Shown: piece by piece, positions 18,945-30,313 of the stretch
Numbering within the stretch: the first letter of the stretch is position 1
Layout of the letters: each line of letters opens with the position of its first letter
From: Nostoc sp. DedSLP01
GTDB taxonomy: Bacteria > Cyanobacteriota > Cyanobacteriia > Cyanobacteriales > Nostocaceae
Direction of reading: 5' to 3'
Assembly: GCA_034530875.2 (NCBI GenBank)
Contig: JAVRCJ020000010.1
Coordinates: 1 to 64,000 of the forward strand
Length of the DNA stretch: 64,000 bases
Translations under genes and position numbers: made by a program
Notes under the pieces: generated by a model
Seen by the model: the letters and a program-made list of their open reading frames with translations, nothing else
Told to the model about the DNA's origin: nothing
The model's database searches: none

Positions 18945-21398
18945 TTAGCCAACATTGGCTAATAGCAACTCTCGTTTTGCTGATTTTTGGACTCTTACTT
19001 GAGAGTCATCATCGACATCTACCAGTGCTGTGTCTCCGTCTGTAATTTCACCAGATAAGAGCGCTTCAGCCAGAGAATCTTCTAAGAGGCGCATAATTGC
19101 CCTACGTAATGGTCTAGCACCATAGCTGGGATTATAGCCTTCTTGGACTACGCGTTCTTTGAAGCGATCGCTAACTTCTAAAGTAATTCCTTTTTCCGTC
19201 AAGCGGTTAGCAACATCACGGAGCATAATGTCAGCGATTTGCTTAACTTCATCACGAGAAAGCTGGGTGAAGACGATAATTTCATCAAGACGGTTGAGGA
19301 ACTCAGGACGGAAGTAATTTTTCAGTTCTTCATTTACCAAGTTGCGAATGCGGTTGTAAGTAGCGTCGGCTTGGGTGTCAAAATCAAAGCCTAAACCACT
19401 ACCACCTTTTTCAATCACCTTGGAACCGATGTTAGAGGTCAAAATAATCAGCGTGTTCTTGAAGTCCACTTTTCGACCTTTGGCATCGGTGAGTTGCCCG
19501 TCATCCAAGATTTGCAGTAGCATATTGAATACATCGGGGTGTGCTTTTTCAATTTCGTCAAAAAGCAGTACTGTGTATGGTTTGCGCCGCACTAATTCGG
19601 TTAGCTGTCCGCCTTCGTCGTATCCGACATAACCAGGAGGCGAACCAATCAATTTGGAGACGGTGTGGCTTTCCATGTATTCGGACATATCTAAGCGAAT
19701 CATCGCTTCTTCCGAACCAAAGAAATAAGCTGCCAATGCTTTGGCTAATTCGGTTTTACCAACGCCAGTGGGCCCGGAAAAGATAAAGCTAGCAATGGGA
19801 CGGTTGGGATTTTTTAAGCCGACGCGGGCGCGACGGATGGCGCGAGATACGGATGTAACTGCTTGCTCTTGACCGATGAGGCGCTGGTGCAGAGTGTCTT
19901 CTAAATGCAAGAGCAACTCTGATTCCGATTCAGTCAGCTTGTTGACTGGGACGCCAGTCCAAGAAGCCACGATTTGGGCGATGTCTTCTTCATCGACGAT
20001 CGCAGTATTGACAGATTTTTCGTTTTCTGATACCAAAGCTTCCAGTTGAGCAGTGAGTTCCAATTCTTGGTCGCGCAGTTGTCCAGCTTTGTCAAAATCT
20101 TGGGCTTTGACTGCTGTTTCTTTAGCTTTGGTAACGGTGGCGAGTTCGCGCTTGAGTTCTTTATTGGCAGAACCTTGAGAGTTCCGCAGGCGAACGCGAG
20201 AGCCAGCTTCATCAATTAAGTCTATTGCTTTATCTGGCAGGAAGCGATCGCTAATATAGCGGTCTGACAACTTGGCTGCTGCTACTACTGCGGCGTCAGA
20301 AATTGTGACTTTGTGGTGTTGTTCGTAAGCACCGCGCAAGCCGTAAAGAATTTGTACGGTTTCTTCGACTGATGGTTCGCCGACCATAATCGGTTGGAAA
20401 CGACGCTCTAAGGCAGCATCGCGTTCGATATGCTTGCGATATTCATCGAGGGTAGTAGCGCCGATGCACTGGAGTTCGCCCCGTGCTAAAGCGGGTTTGA
20501 GGATGTTAGCTGCATCCAAACCGCCTTCTGTACCGCCAGCGCCAACTAAGGTGTGAATTTCGTCAATGACCAAGATGATATTGCCTACAGAACGGACTTC
20601 TTCAACAACCTTTTTAATCCGTTCTTCAAAATCGCCGCGGAAGCGAGTTCCAGCCACCAATAAACCCATATCCAGGCTGATGACTTGCTTATCTTGTAAC
20701 GATTCGGGGATATCTTGATTAACAATACGTTGAGCTAGACCTTCAGCGATCGCCGTTTTACCAACTCCTGGTTCCCCAATCAACACTGGGTTATTCTTAG
20801 TACGGCGACCGAGAATTTGGACAGCACGCTCAATTTCCTTCTCACGACCAACCACAGGATCGAGTTGTCCTGCTTGCGCTAATTTGGTCAGATTTCTGCC
20901 AAACTCTTCCATAGTTAGCGTTTGGGTGCGTTTTTGGTTACCATTACCAGCAAAAGCTGGTGCATTTTCACCCAAACGGCGAATAATCGCACTGCGGACG
21001 GTTTTAAAATCAACTCCTAGATTTTGCAATACTTTGGCAGCGACACCTTCGCCGGCATCAGTTAATCCTAAGAGTAAGTGTTCGGTATTAATGTAATTCT
21101 GTCCTAAACTATGAGCTTCTTTAAAAGCTTGCTCGAACAGGCTTTTAACCTTAGGAGTAAAAGGAATTTCTGGTGGTACAAAGCCAGAACCTCTACCAAT
21201 AATTTTTTCGACCTCGCGACGTGCGTCTTTGAGAGTAACGCCTAATTCAGCCAGCACTTTAGCAGCAACCCCAGTTCCTTCTCCCATTAAACCCAGGAGA
21301 ATTTGTTCAGTTCCTACGAAGTTGTGTCCCAGGCGACGTGCTTCCTCCTGAGCTAGCATGATTACTCTAATGGCTTCGGAAGTGAAGTGTTCAAACAT
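18945..21398 (-). CDS. clpC: ATP-dependent Clp protease ATP-binding subunit (ClpC paralogue)
   Basis: Clp_N repeats, [19 protein letters not shown] loop; starts [14 protein letters not shown]. Confidence 0.93.
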   Translation of the reverse strand: MFEHFTSEAIRVIMLAQEEARRLGHNFVGTEQILLGLMGEGTGVAAKVLAELGVTLKDARREVEKIIGRGSGFVPPEIPFTPKVKSLFEQAFKEAHSLGQNYINTEHLLLGLTDAGEGVAAKVLQNLGVDFKTVRSAIIRRLGENAPAFAGNGNQKRTQTLTMEEFGRNLTKLAQAGQLDPVVGREKEIERAVQILGRRTKNNPVLIGEPGVGKTAIAEGLAQRIVNQDIPESLQDKQVISLDMGLLVAGTRFRGDFEERIKKVVEEVRSVGNIILVIDEIHTLVGAGGTEGGLDAANILKPALARGELQCIGATTLDEYRKHIERDAALERRFQPIMVGEPSVEETVQILYGLRGAYEQHHKVTISDAAVVAAAKLSDRYISDRFLPDKAIDLIDEAGSRVRLRNSQGSANKELKRELATVTKAKETAVKAQDFDKAGQLRDQELELTAQLEALVSENEKSVNTAIVDEEDIAQIVASWTGVPVNKLTESESELLLHLEDTLHQRLIGQEQAVTSVSRAIRRARVGLKNPNRPIASFIFSGPTGVGKTELAKALAAYFFGSEEAMIRLDMSEYMESHTVSKLIGSPPGYVGYDEGGQLTELVRRKPYTVLLFDEIEKAHPDVFNMLLQILDDGQLTDAKGRKVDFKNTLIILTSNIGSKVIEKGGSGLGFDFDTQADATYNRIRNLVNEELKNYFRPEFLNRLDEIIVFTQLSRDEVKQIADIMLRDVANRLTEKGITLEVSDRFKERVVQEGYNPSYGARPLRRAIMRLLEDSLAEALLSGEITDGDTALVDVDDDSQVRVQKSAKRELLLANVG

Positions 21399-21589
21399 AG
21401 CGGGTTCTTGCTCCCTTGCTGCTTCGATTTTGGGTGATATAAGATTCACCCTCATCTAAAGATTTTTGTATTTTCTTATGGACTAATGTAACTTTATTTA
21501 AATTAACCGACAGTGGTGAGAGCCGTAAGACCCCAGGTGTAGTAGCCGTCAGGGACTACTGAGGGGGCAGGGGACTAGGGGAGAGATCG

Positions 21590-21665
21590 GGAGATGGGGA
21601 AGTGTGGGGAGTGTGGGGGAAAGATTTCTTCCCCATCCTCCCACACCTCCTGCTTGCCCAATGCC
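21590..21665 (+). repeat. Dispersed G/C-arm repeat, core GAAAGATTTCTTCCCC (copy 1)
   Basis: Inverted copy at 22046-22147; third copy at 55223-55310. Confidence 0.85.
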
Positions 21666-21749
21666 CCATATCCAATGCCCAGTCCCTAATGCCCCTGTGT
21701 CAGATAAACTAAAAATTTAGGACTCACCACTTGAAAGTCAGGACTTACG

Positions 21750-22046
21750 ATGAGTGAAGCAATGGGCGGTAAAGATCAACAGCACCCTCTTTATAACCGC
21801 GATCGCCCCCTTATTAATAGTTTACTCGCTCAAGAAGCGACAGACTATAATTTGGCAGAATTAGCTAGATTGCGAATTCGTTATCAAGGCTTTCCAGGGG
21901 CGAGAGATATTCAACAAGATTTAGATAAAGTTTTGCAACAGTGGGGTTTGACGGAAGCGCAACTTTTTGAGAAAACTCGCCAACTCCACGACGTAGGAGG
22001 TATTTATAAAAGTCGGGGCAAGAAAGAAGAACAGGATTGGAATTAG
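21750..22046 (+). CDS. DUF3288 family protein
   Basis: DQQHPLY..DR, LAELARLRIRYQGFPGARDIQ, EEQDW. Confidence 0.85.
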   Translation: MSEAMGGKDQQHPLYNRDRPLINSLLAQEATDYNLAELARLRIRYQGFPGARDIQQDLDKVLQQWGLTEAQLFEKTRQLHDVGGIYKSRGKKEEQDWN

Positions 22047-22147
22047 GAATTGGGCAAGCAAGGGGTGTGGGAGGTGTGGGAGGATGGGGAAGAAATCTTT
22101 CCCCCCACACTCCCCACACTTCCCCATCTCCTCATCTCCCCTGCCCC
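22046..22147 (-). repeat. Dispersed G/C-arm repeat (copy 2, inverted)
   Basis: Reverse complement matches 21565-21665. Confidence 0.85.
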
Positions 22148-22213
22148 CTGCCTCCTTAAAGTCCAGCAGTTGGCAACGGTTTAGAATTTCCGTCCAGTTA
22201 TGGCGGGGAGAGG

Positions 22214-22708
22214 TCAATTACATCCTAAAGACTCACGCGTATCTACACCAGTTTTAGAATTGACGCCACTTGCCTTTGTACACAGCTTTTTCACTTGCGT
22301 TCCATCTAAAACTGCATTGGTGAAATCAGCGCCAGTAATATCAACATTATCGAATGTAGAACGCAGCATCATTGCATCGCTCAAGACTGCATCACCTAAA
22401 TCAGCATTTTTAAATCTTGCTAGATAGGCTATGCCATTACTAAAATCTACGCCATGCAGATTTACTCCCTCTAATACAGTACCGTTAAACACCACACCGC
22501 GTAAGTCAGCATTACGGAAGTTAGCATTTTCTAAATCGATATTGGTAAACTCAGTGCCAATTAAACTTTGACCAGAGTAGTCCTTGCTCTGAAACTCTTC
22601 TCCAGCAGAACGGGTAATGCTGGAAGAACTTGCAGCTTGCGCCGAGAGGGGAAAAACAAAAAGAGCTATGGCTAAAACAAAGCTAGCGAGTATTTGCCGA
22701 TACTTCAT
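22214..22708 (-). CDS. Pentapeptide repeat protein (secreted/lumenal)
   Basis: Signal peptide, A(D/N)LXX repeats, C-terminal LC...TGVDTRESLGC. Confidence 0.92.
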   Translation of the reverse strand: MKYRQILASFVLAIALFVFPLSAQAASSSSITRSAGEEFQSKDYSGQSLIGTEFTNIDLENANFRNADLRGVVFNGTVLEGVNLHGVDFSNGIAYLARFKNADLGDAVLSDAMMLRSTFDNVDITGADFTNAVLDGTQVKKLCTKASGVNSKTGVDTRESLGCN

Positions 22709-22907
22709 AATGTTAAATTAACAAATCTCAACACTTCCACCATTAACTATTAAACCTTAGTAGAGAGTTGGGTGAGGTAAAGACAAGGGTTAATCGCGTC
22801 TCTACAAGATTTAGGAGGCTTGTGTTTGTTATCTGAAACTATTCTCTCAAACCCGAAAGCATCTCGTAGGATAGATAGATGTTGAGGTGCGATCGCATAA
22901 AATACCT

Positions 22908-24044
22908 GTGGCTAATCAAGAAGATAACGCCCAATCTTTGGCGCGGACTGTTTTATATCAATTGGGTGTTGAACTCAAAGCACGCTTTACTAGCTTTGGT
23001 GGTTGGGAAATGCCCGTACAATTTAGTGGTATTAGCCGCGAACACGAGGCTGTCAGAAATGCGGCTGGCATGTTCGATATTTCCCACATGGGTAAATTTA
23101 CCTTCCAAGGTAAAAACCTCATATCCCAACTCCAGTCTTTAGTACCCTCAGACTTGAGCCGCTTGCAACCCGGTCAAGCACAATACACTGTCTTGTTAAA
23201 TCCCCAAGGCGGAATTATTGACGACATCATTGTTTATTATCAAGGTGAAGACACGACTGGTATCCAAAGGGCATTTATTATAGTTAATGCAGCAACCACT
23301 GCCAAAGACAAAGCATGGCTATTGCAAAACCTCGACCAGAATGAGCTGCAATTCCAAGACCTTTCACCCGAAAAAGCCTTAATTGCCGTACAAGGGCCAA
23401 AAGCTATTAAATATCTCCAACCCCTAGTACAACAAGACTTACAACCAATTAAAGCATTCGGTCACCTCGAAGCAACGGTATTAGGTAAACCAGCTTTCAT
23501 CGCCCGCACGGGCTACACCGGAGAAGATGGCTTTGAAGTCATGCTAGATCCTAATGTGGCATTAGAATTGTGGCAAAGTCTCTATAATGCTGGCGTCATT
23601 CCCTGTGGGCTTGGTGCAAGGGATACTCTGCGCCTAGAAGCAGCAATGGCACTTTACGGACAAGATATCGATGACACCACCACACCTTTAGAAGCGGGTT
23701 TGGGCTGGTTAGTTCACCTAGATACCAAAGGTGATTTTATTGGTCGGGCAGTTTTGGAACAGCAAAAAGCTGCGGGAGTGCAACGACGTTTAGTAGGTTT
23801 ACAAACCCAAGGACGCAACATTGCTCGTCATGGCTACCAAATTCTCTCAGCAGGTAAAGTATTAGGTGAAGTTACTAGCGGTACTTTATCGCCTACGCTT
23901 GGCTATCCCATTGCTTTAGCCTACGTTCCCACCAAATTAGCAACTGTTGGTCAGGAATTAGAAGTTGAGATTCGGGGCAAAGCTTACCCAGCAGTTGTGG
24001 TGAAACGTCCCTTCTATCGCTCAAAAAATCGTGTCGCTAACTGA
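22908..24044 (+). CDS. gcvT: Glycine cleavage system aminomethyltransferase T
   Basis: FGGWEMPVQF, FDISHMG, RTGYTGEDGFE, GLGARDTLRLEA; start approximate. Confidence 0.97.
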   Translation: MANQEDNAQSLARTVLYQLGVELKARFTSFGGWEMPVQFSGISREHEAVRNAAGMFDISHMGKFTFQGKNLISQLQSLVPSDLSRLQPGQAQYTVLLNPQGGIIDDIIVYYQGEDTTGIQRAFIIVNAATTAKDKAWLLQNLDQNELQFQDLSPEKALIAVQGPKAIKYLQPLVQQDLQPIKAFGHLEATVLGKPAFIARTGYTGEDGFEVMLDPNVALELWQSLYNAGVIPCGLGARDTLRLEAAMALYGQDIDDTTTPLEAGLGWLVHLDTKGDFIGRAVLEQQKAAGVQRRLVGLQTQGRNIARHGYQILSAGKVLGEVTSGTLSPTLGYPIALAYVPTKLATVGQELEVEIRGKAYPAVVVKRPFYRSKNRVAN

Positions 24045-24248
24045 TAAGTCCTGAGGTTTTTGAGGAATAATGTGTTTTCAGTAGTGCTGAGTTCCGAGTA
24101 GCAACTAAAAGAAGCGAAAGTCATATTTTTTCACCCATTACTCAGCACCGCTTGTGTGAGTTACTCAATCTACAGTAAGGTTCATTACCAGATATGGCTT
24201 GGATAACTATTAGAACAATGATTTTTTTGATAAGGGAGAGGAAGTGAA

Positions 24249-24635
24249 ATGTCTTTATATCCTGAAGATTTCAGATATTTAGATTCTCATGAATACGTGC
24301 GGCTAGATGGCGATATTGCCACCATTGGTATTACCGAGTTTGCTGTAAATCAATTGGGTGATATCGTGTTTTTGGAACTGCCAGATGTTGGCGAAGCTCT
24401 CAACAGAGGAGAAAACTTTGGCACAATTGAATCAGTAAAAGCCGTTGAAGAACTGAATTCACCAGTCACCGGCACAGTTGTAGAACGCAATGATGTTTTG
24501 ATTGACGAACCCGAACAAGTATCAGATGACCCCTACGGTGAAGGATGGTTTTTGAAAGTGCGCGTCGATGACCCCGATGAAGTGAATGAGGCTATGACTG
24601 CTGATGAATACCGCGCCCTAGTAGAAGGGGAGTAG
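24249..24635 (+). CDS. gcvH: Glycine cleavage system H protein
   Basis: IESVKAV lipoyl-Lys motif, DPYGEGW. Confidence 0.97.
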   Translation: MSLYPEDFRYLDSHEYVRLDGDIATIGITEFAVNQLGDIVFLELPDVGEALNRGENFGTIESVKAVEELNSPVTGTVVERNDVLIDEPEQVSDDPYGEGWFLKVRVDDPDEVNEAMTADEYRALVEGE

Positions 24636-24947
24636 GCAAAGGGGTAGGGGAGGTAGGGGGCAGGGAGAGAAGTTAGAGTAAGTCTTTCCCCTTTCTCCCT
24701 TACCCCTTTCCCTTTCCCCATACCCAATGCCCGATTTCTTGAAAAATTAAGTTATCAAATTTTAGATATAGCAGTAGTCAGATATGTTAGGACATAATGA
24801 CAAGCTTAAATGCTAGCAATAGCAATACTTTTCCCTCCTGCCTTCTGCCTCCTGCCTCCTGCCTCCTGCTATAAATTGATAAATTACACTAACTTCTTAT
24901 CAGTATTTGTTGCAAAATATGAAATAGTATTATCTGGAGAGTAATTT

Positions 24948-27887
24948 GTGGTATTGAATCTCCCTAATTTAAAGTCTAGCGATCGCCATCTGCTAAACGA
25001 AACGAGTCAAAAGTTAAGTAGTTTTGCCCCCAGACACATTGGCCCAAACTCCGATGACATCCAGCAAATGCTTGAAGTCTTGGGGTTTTCTAGTTTAGAT
25101 GAACTCATCGACCAAACAGTACCCCAGGCAATTCGCCTCAAGCAACCCCTAAATTTACCAGAGGCAGAAAGTGAATACGCAGCGCTGGCATTGTTAAAAA
25201 AAATTGCTAGCAAAAACCAAGTTTTCCGTTCGTATATTGGTATGGGATATTACGACAGTATTACCCCTCCAGTTATTGCACGTAATATCCTAGAAAATCC
25301 CGGTTGGTATACTGCTTACACTCCTTATCAGCCAGAAATTGCCCAAGGACGATTGGAAGCACTGTTGAATTTCCAAACCATGATTATCGACCTCACAGGT
25401 TTGGAAATTGCCAACGCTTCATTACTCGATGAAGCCACAGCCGCCGCAGAAGCCATGAGCCTCAGCTATGGGGTTTCTAAAAATAAGGCCAATGGCTATT
25501 TTGTTTCTCATGATTGCCATCCCCAAACCATTGATGTGTTGCAGACTCGCGCTCAACCATTGGGGATTAAAATCATTGTCGGCGGCCATCAAACATTTGA
25601 TTTTGAGGAACCGATTTTTGGTGCCGTTCTGCAATACCCAGCAAGCGATGGCACAATTTACGATTACCGCGCTTTTATCGAAAAAGCCCATGCTCAGGGT
25701 GCATTGGTGACGGTAGCAGCAGATCCTTTAAGTTTAACTTTGCTTACCCCTCCGGGTGAATTTGGTGCTGATATTGCTGTGGGTAGTACGCAACGTTTCG
25801 GTATACCCTTGGGCTTTGGCGGCCCTCATGCAGCGTATTTTGCAACTAAAGAAGAGTATAAGCGAGCAGTTCCAGGGCGAATTGTCGGAGTATCAAAAGA
25901 TGCTCTTGGGAAGCCTGCATTGCGTTTAGCTTTACAAACCCGCGAACAACATATCCGCCGCGAAAAAGCTACTAGTAATATCTGCACAGCGCAGGTGCTA
26001 CTGGCGGTGATGGCGAGTATGTACGCCGTTTATCACGGCCCTACTGGACTTAAGCAAATTGCCGAAAAGATCCATTCCTTGACGGTATTGCTGGCAGAAG
26101 GACTCAAGCGTTTGGGTTACAAAATCAGTTCCGAACATTTCTTTGATACGCTGCGCGTGGAGTTGGGAACGCGCAACCTGCAAGCAATTCTGGAAATTTG
26201 TCAAAGAAGGAATATTAACTTGCGCGTTTTTGATGATACTGCTGTTGGTATCTCTCTAGATGAAACAACTACAGTAGATGATTTAGTTGAACTTTGGGAG
26301 ATTTTTGGAACGCCTGAGAGTCTATTTTTCGGTTTTAAAGAAATTGAAGACTTAATTGCAGCACAGCACAACTCACCTGTGCAAAATTCAACCCTCGCCC
26401 GCACTAGCAACTACCTAACTCATCCAGTATTTAACCGCTATCACTCAGAAACAGAGTTATTGCGCTATCTCCACAGGCTAGAAAGCAAGGACTTGTCGCT
26501 AACAACATCGATGATTCCTTTGGGTTCTTGCACAATGAAGTTGAATGCAACTGCTGAGATGATTCCGGTAACTTGGGAAGAATTTGGCAAGATTCATCCT
26601 TTTGCCCCACCATCCCAAACGCAAGGTTATCAAATTTTGTTTCAGCAGCTTGAAGCATGGTTAGCTGAAATTACTGGTTTTGCCGGAATTTCTCTACAAC
26701 CAAATGCAGGTTCTCAAGGTGAATACGCTGGGCTTTTAGTAATTCGCCAATATCATGAAAGTCGGGGAGAAGCACACCGCAACGTCTGTTTGATTCCCAC
26801 TTCAGCACACGGGACAAACCCAGCCAGTGCGGTAATGTGCGGCATGAAGGTAGTGGCAGTTGCCTGCGACTCTCAAGGTAACATTGACGTTGAGGATTTG
26901 AAAGCGAAAGCTGAAAAGCACAAGCAAGAACTCGCCGCCTTAATGGTGACATATCCCTCGACTCACGGTGTTTTTGAGGAGTCAATTAAGGAAATCTGTG
27001 CAGTTGTTCATACCCACGGCGGACAAGTTTACATGGATGGGGCAAATATGAACGCCCAAGTGGGAATTTGCCGTCCTGGGGATATTGGCGCGGATGTCTG
27101 TCATTTAAACTTGCACAAAACTTTCTGTATTCCTCACGGTGGCGGCGGCCCTGGTATGGGGCCTATTGGTGTTGCTTCTCATCTCGTGCCATTTTTGCCG
27201 GGACATCCTGTTGTCACTATCGACAAGTCAGGTGGAAAATCTCATCTTGGTGCTGTAGCGGCTGCACCTTGGGGTAGTGCGAGTATTTTGGTGATTTCTT
27301 GGATGTACATTGCCATGATGGGTACGGCTGGTTTAACCCAAGCAACAAAAGTGGCAATTCTCAATGCTAACTACATCGCCAAGAGACTTGAATCTTACTA
27401 TCCCGTTTTATATCAAGGGAAAAATGGTTTAGTTGCCCATGAATGTATTTTAGATTTGCGATCGCTCAAAAAATCTGCGGCGATCGAAATCGATGATGTT
27501 GCCAAGCGTTTGATGGATTACGGTTTCCATGCGCCCACTGTTTCCTGGCCTGTGGCAGGTACAATCATGGTGGAACCAACAGAAAGCGAATCGAAACAAG
27601 AATTAGATCGTTTCTGTGATGCCTTGATTGCTATTCGTCAAGAAATTGCCGAAATCGAATCAGGCAAGGCAGATATCCAAGATAATCTTTTGAAGAACGC
27701 ACCTCATACTGCTGAAAGTTTGCTCAGTGGAGAATGGGATCATCCTTATTCCCGCGAACAAGCTGCCTATCCTGCGCCTTGGACGCGCGAACATAAATTC
27801 TGGCCTGTTGTCAGCCGCATTGATGCAGCCTTTGGCGATAGGAATTTTGTTTGTTCTTGTCTGCCAATGGATGCTTATTCTTCGTAA
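24948..27887 (+). CDS. gcvP: Glycine dehydrogenase (decarboxylating) P protein
   Basis: [32 protein letters not shown]. Confidence 0.98.
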   Translation: MVLNLPNLKSSDRHLLNETSQKLSSFAPRHIGPNSDDIQQMLEVLGFSSLDELIDQTVPQAIRLKQPLNLPEAESEYAALALLKKIASKNQVFRSYIGMGYYDSITPPVIARNILENPGWYTAYTPYQPEIAQGRLEALLNFQTMIIDLTGLEIANASLLDEATAAAEAMSLSYGVSKNKANGYFVSHDCHPQTIDVLQTRAQPLGIKIIVGGHQTFDFEEPIFGAVLQYPASDGTIYDYRAFIEKAHAQGALVTVAADPLSLTLLTPPGEFGADIAVGSTQRFGIPLGFGGPHAAYFATKEEYKRAVPGRIVGVSKDALGKPALRLALQTREQHIRREKATSNICTAQVLLAVMASMYAVYHGPTGLKQIAEKIHSLTVLLAEGLKRLGYKISSEHFFDTLRVELGTRNLQAILEICQRRNINLRVFDDTAVGISLDETTTVDDLVELWEIFGTPESLFFGFKEIEDLIAAQHNSPVQNSTLARTSNYLTHPVFNRYHSETELLRYLHRLESKDLSLTTSMIPLGSCTMKLNATAEMIPVTWEEFGKIHPFAPPSQTQGYQILFQQLEAWLAEITGFAGISLQPNAGSQGEYAGLLVIRQYHESRGEAHRNVCLIPTSAHGTNPASAVMCGMKVVAVACDSQGNIDVEDLKAKAEKHKQELAALMVTYPSTHGVFEESIKEICAVVHTHGGQVYMDGANMNAQVGICRPGDIGADVCHLNLHKTFCIPHGGGGPGMGPIGVASHLVPFLPGHPVVTIDKSGGKSHLGAVAAAPWGSASILVISWMYIAMMGTAGLTQATKVAILNANYIAKRLESYYPVLYQGKNGLVAHECILDLRSLKKSAAIEIDDVAKRLMDYGFHAPTVSWPVAGTIMVEPTESESKQELDRFCDALIAIRQEIAEIESGKADIQDNLLKNAPHTAESLLSGEWDHPYSREQAAYPAPWTREHKFWPVVSRIDAAFGDRNFVCSCLPMDAYSS

Positions 27888-27913
27888 AATCATATACTTT
27901 AGTTAAAACTTGC

Positions 27914-27955
27914 TCCCCCCAACTTTCGTTTCTAGAAAGTTGGGGGGATTTTTTT
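27914..27955 (+). terminator. Intrinsic terminator after gcvP
   Basis: TCCCCCCAACTTT...AAAGTTGGGGGGA followed by T-run. Confidence 0.85.
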
Positions 27956-27998
27956 AGAATAAACTTTCTTTCTGCATAAGATGGAAATATTTATAGTT

Positions 27999-28099
27999 CA
28001 ATACAGTTCAGATAAGACCAAAACCCTTGTAGAGACGGCGATTTATCGCGTCTCGAAAACCCAAAATTTTTGCCAGTAGCCCTTAACTGAAACATATTG
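27999..28099. mobile_element. MITE with 18-bp TIRs and 10-bp TSD (Nezha-like architecture)
   Basis: TIRs CAATACAGTTCAGATAAG / CTTAACTGAAACATATTG (14/18 match); identical ATTTATAGTT at 27989-27998 and 28100-28109. Confidence 0.88.
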
Positions 28100-28106
28100 A
28101 TTTATA

Positions 28107-28344
28107 GTTGAGGTTCAGAAGGTTAACGTCGAGCCTCAGAAGGTCAACGTCGAGCCTCAAAAGGTCAACGTTGAGCCTCAGAAGGTCAAAGTTGAGCCTC
28201 AGAAGGTCAACGTTGAGCCTCAGAAGGTCAATGTCGAGCCTCAGAAGGTCAATGTCGAGCCTCGGAAGGTCAACGTCGAGCCTCGGAAGGTCAACGTCGA
28301 GCCTCAGAAGGTCAACGTCGAGCCTCAGAAGGTCAACGTTGAGC
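28107..28344. repeat. 21-bp tandem repeat, 11 units plus partial
   Basis: Consensus GTCGAGCCTCAGAAGGTCAAC, no spacers. Confidence 0.95.
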
Positions 28345-28746
28345 TTTGAAACTCGAAATAGCTAGGAAATGTCTACAAAGGCTACGTCTACGTGCTTTGG
28401 CAATGAGTGTGAGAATCGAAGCGCAGAGGCGCAGTATTTCGACTTCGCTCAATAACCGGGCGCGGAGGAAGAGTTTGAGAGGATGCGTTAGCGCAGTTTA
28501 CCAAAGGTATAGCAATAAACAAGACTGTTAGGACATCAACAGATCGTAAAACTTAGACACAAAAAGACTTTTTACCCAGTCCCCAGCAATGCACTGAGCT
28601 TGCCGAAGTGTCCCCAGTCCCCAGTCGCCAGTCGCCAGTCCCCAGTCCCTTGCTATATCGCTATTATATGTGTGTATTTGCTGAATTTTGGCATCTGTCG
28701 TTAGGATAAGTTACAGGCGTAAAAATTATTTCTACTGCTAGCGAAG

Positions 28747-30312
28747 ATGAATATTGACCCTGTAGTTAATGTACTTAAAAGTATTGCTAAACCTGCGGCT
28801 TCTCTAGTTATTAATCAAGCTCAACGCAATGAAACTGTAGTTAGAACTTTAAAACAATTCAATTTTGACCCAGTACAACCGCCTAAAGATGTTGATGGTG
28901 TTTATGTTTATTCTTTAATTGAGTATGGTGTAGATAAGCCGGAAGTACTGCTGAATCTTTTTCGAGAAAGAGAAATTAAAAATGCTTTTTGGAGTGCTTA
29001 TACTTCAAACAATCCTTTGGGTTTTTATAAAGAAGTAGAAAAGTTTTTGCAGGGGAAGGATTCAGAATTTGATATCCGATTGATGAAAATTGAACTGCGA
29101 TCGCAGTTGGAAGAGTTTGGAGAAATATTTATTAAGGTTGCTAAAAGAAGTAAATCAATTGAGTTTCAGCCTTTTCCTAAATGGAATTTAGACGAGTATC
29201 CAACAGAATTTAAGTCGTTAATTAGAGAAAAAATTCGCTCGTTTTGTGGTCGTCAGTTTGTTTTTGACGCATTTAAGCAATTTTGCAATAAGAATCGCAG
29301 TGGTTATTTTACAGTAGTGGGTGATGCGGGGATGGGGAAGAGTACCATTGCTGCAAAATACGTCTGGGACAATAAATCGCCATGCTATTTTAATATTCGC
29401 CAAACTAGTAGCAATCGAGCGGAGCTATTTCTTGAAAGTATTCGCCAGCAATTAACTAAGCGTTACCAGTTGCAGAATGTCGAGAAGGCTAATTTAGCTG
29501 ATTTACTAGAACAAGTTAGTAAAAAAATTCCTGTTAGCGAACGTCTGGTAATTGTAGTTGATGCTTTGGATGAAGTGGAGCAAGAAGCTGGGGGAAATCT
29601 TTTAGATTTACCAACGGCGCTACCAGAACGTGTCTATTTTCTGCTGACTAGACGACCATATACTATAGATAAAAAACGCTTGTCTGCACCAGATGTCCCG
29701 ATGGAGGAGCTAGATTTAAGGGCAAATGACTATGTTAATTTGAGCTGTGAAGATATTAAAAAGTATATTGGGTTATTTTTGAATGTCGATGAAGACCATA
29801 AGAAGGCACTTAGACAATGGATTCAAGACCGCAAAATTGATGAGAATGATTTTGTTGAGCAGGTAGCAACTAAGAGTGAAAATAATTTCATGTACCTGCG
29901 CTATGTCTTGCCAGGAATTGCTAAAGGTGACTATAAAGACTTGAGTTTAACGCAATTACCCGATGGTCTTCAAGACTATTATCAAGTTCATTGGGAACGT
30001 ATGGGGATGGATGCAAAGCCCCAAGAAGTAAAAGTATTTATCCTGTTTATTTTAGTGGAGATTGGTACACCAATTCCTTGTGAGATGATAGCAGATATTG
30101 CTGAACAGGATGAATATGAGGTGCAATTAGTTTTAGAAGAGTGGGTTGAGTATTTGAAGCAGCAGGATATAAAAGGAGAAATCTGCTATAGCATTTATCA
30201 CGCTAGTTTTTTAGACTTTTTGAAAGCAAAACGGGTTTTGGATTCTAAACGGAAGCTATTTCAAGAGGTTAATCAACGCATTGCAGACTACCTTATCGGG
30301 AAGATGGCGTGA
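28747..30312 (+). CDS. STAND/NACHT-like ATPase with N-terminal helical domain
   Basis: FCGRQFVF, GDAGMGKST, IVVDALDEV, SENNFMY, LPDGLQDYY, YHASFLDFL. Confidence 0.85.
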   Translation: MNIDPVVNVLKSIAKPAASLVINQAQRNETVVRTLKQFNFDPVQPPKDVDGVYVYSLIEYGVDKPEVLLNLFREREIKNAFWSAYTSNNPLGFYKEVEKFLQGKDSEFDIRLMKIELRSQLEEFGEIFIKVAKRSKSIEFQPFPKWNLDEYPTEFKSLIREKIRSFCGRQFVFDAFKQFCNKNRSGYFTVVGDAGMGKSTIAAKYVWDNKSPCYFNIRQTSSNRAELFLESIRQQLTKRYQLQNVEKANLADLLEQVSKKIPVSERLVIVVDALDEVEQEAGGNLLDLPTALPERVYFLLTRRPYTIDKKRLSAPDVPMEELDLRANDYVNLSCEDIKKYIGLFLNVDEDHKKALRQWIQDRKIDENDFVEQVATKSENNFMYLRYVLPGIAKGDYKDLSLTQLPDGLQDYYQVHWERMGMDAKPQEVKVFILFILVEIGTPIPCEMIADIAEQDEYEVQLVLEEWVEYLKQQDIKGEICYSIYHASFLDFLKAKRVLDSKRKLFQEVNQRIADYLIGKMA

Positions 30313-30313
30313 T

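Noticed and set aside
21510..21555. K-box/heat-shock element upstream of clpC (two AGCCGT repeats)
   Set aside because: Too degenerate to support
22709..22907. Glycine riboswitch upstream of gcvT
   Set aside because: No recognisable aptamer motifs; only a partial REP-like palindrome
28107..28344. CRISPR array
   Set aside because: Units are contiguous with no unique spacers, and there are no cas genes
28108..28531. ORFs 28108..28365 and 28346..28531 as genes
   Set aside because: Translations of tandem and dispersed repeats, TTG starts, no recognisable domain
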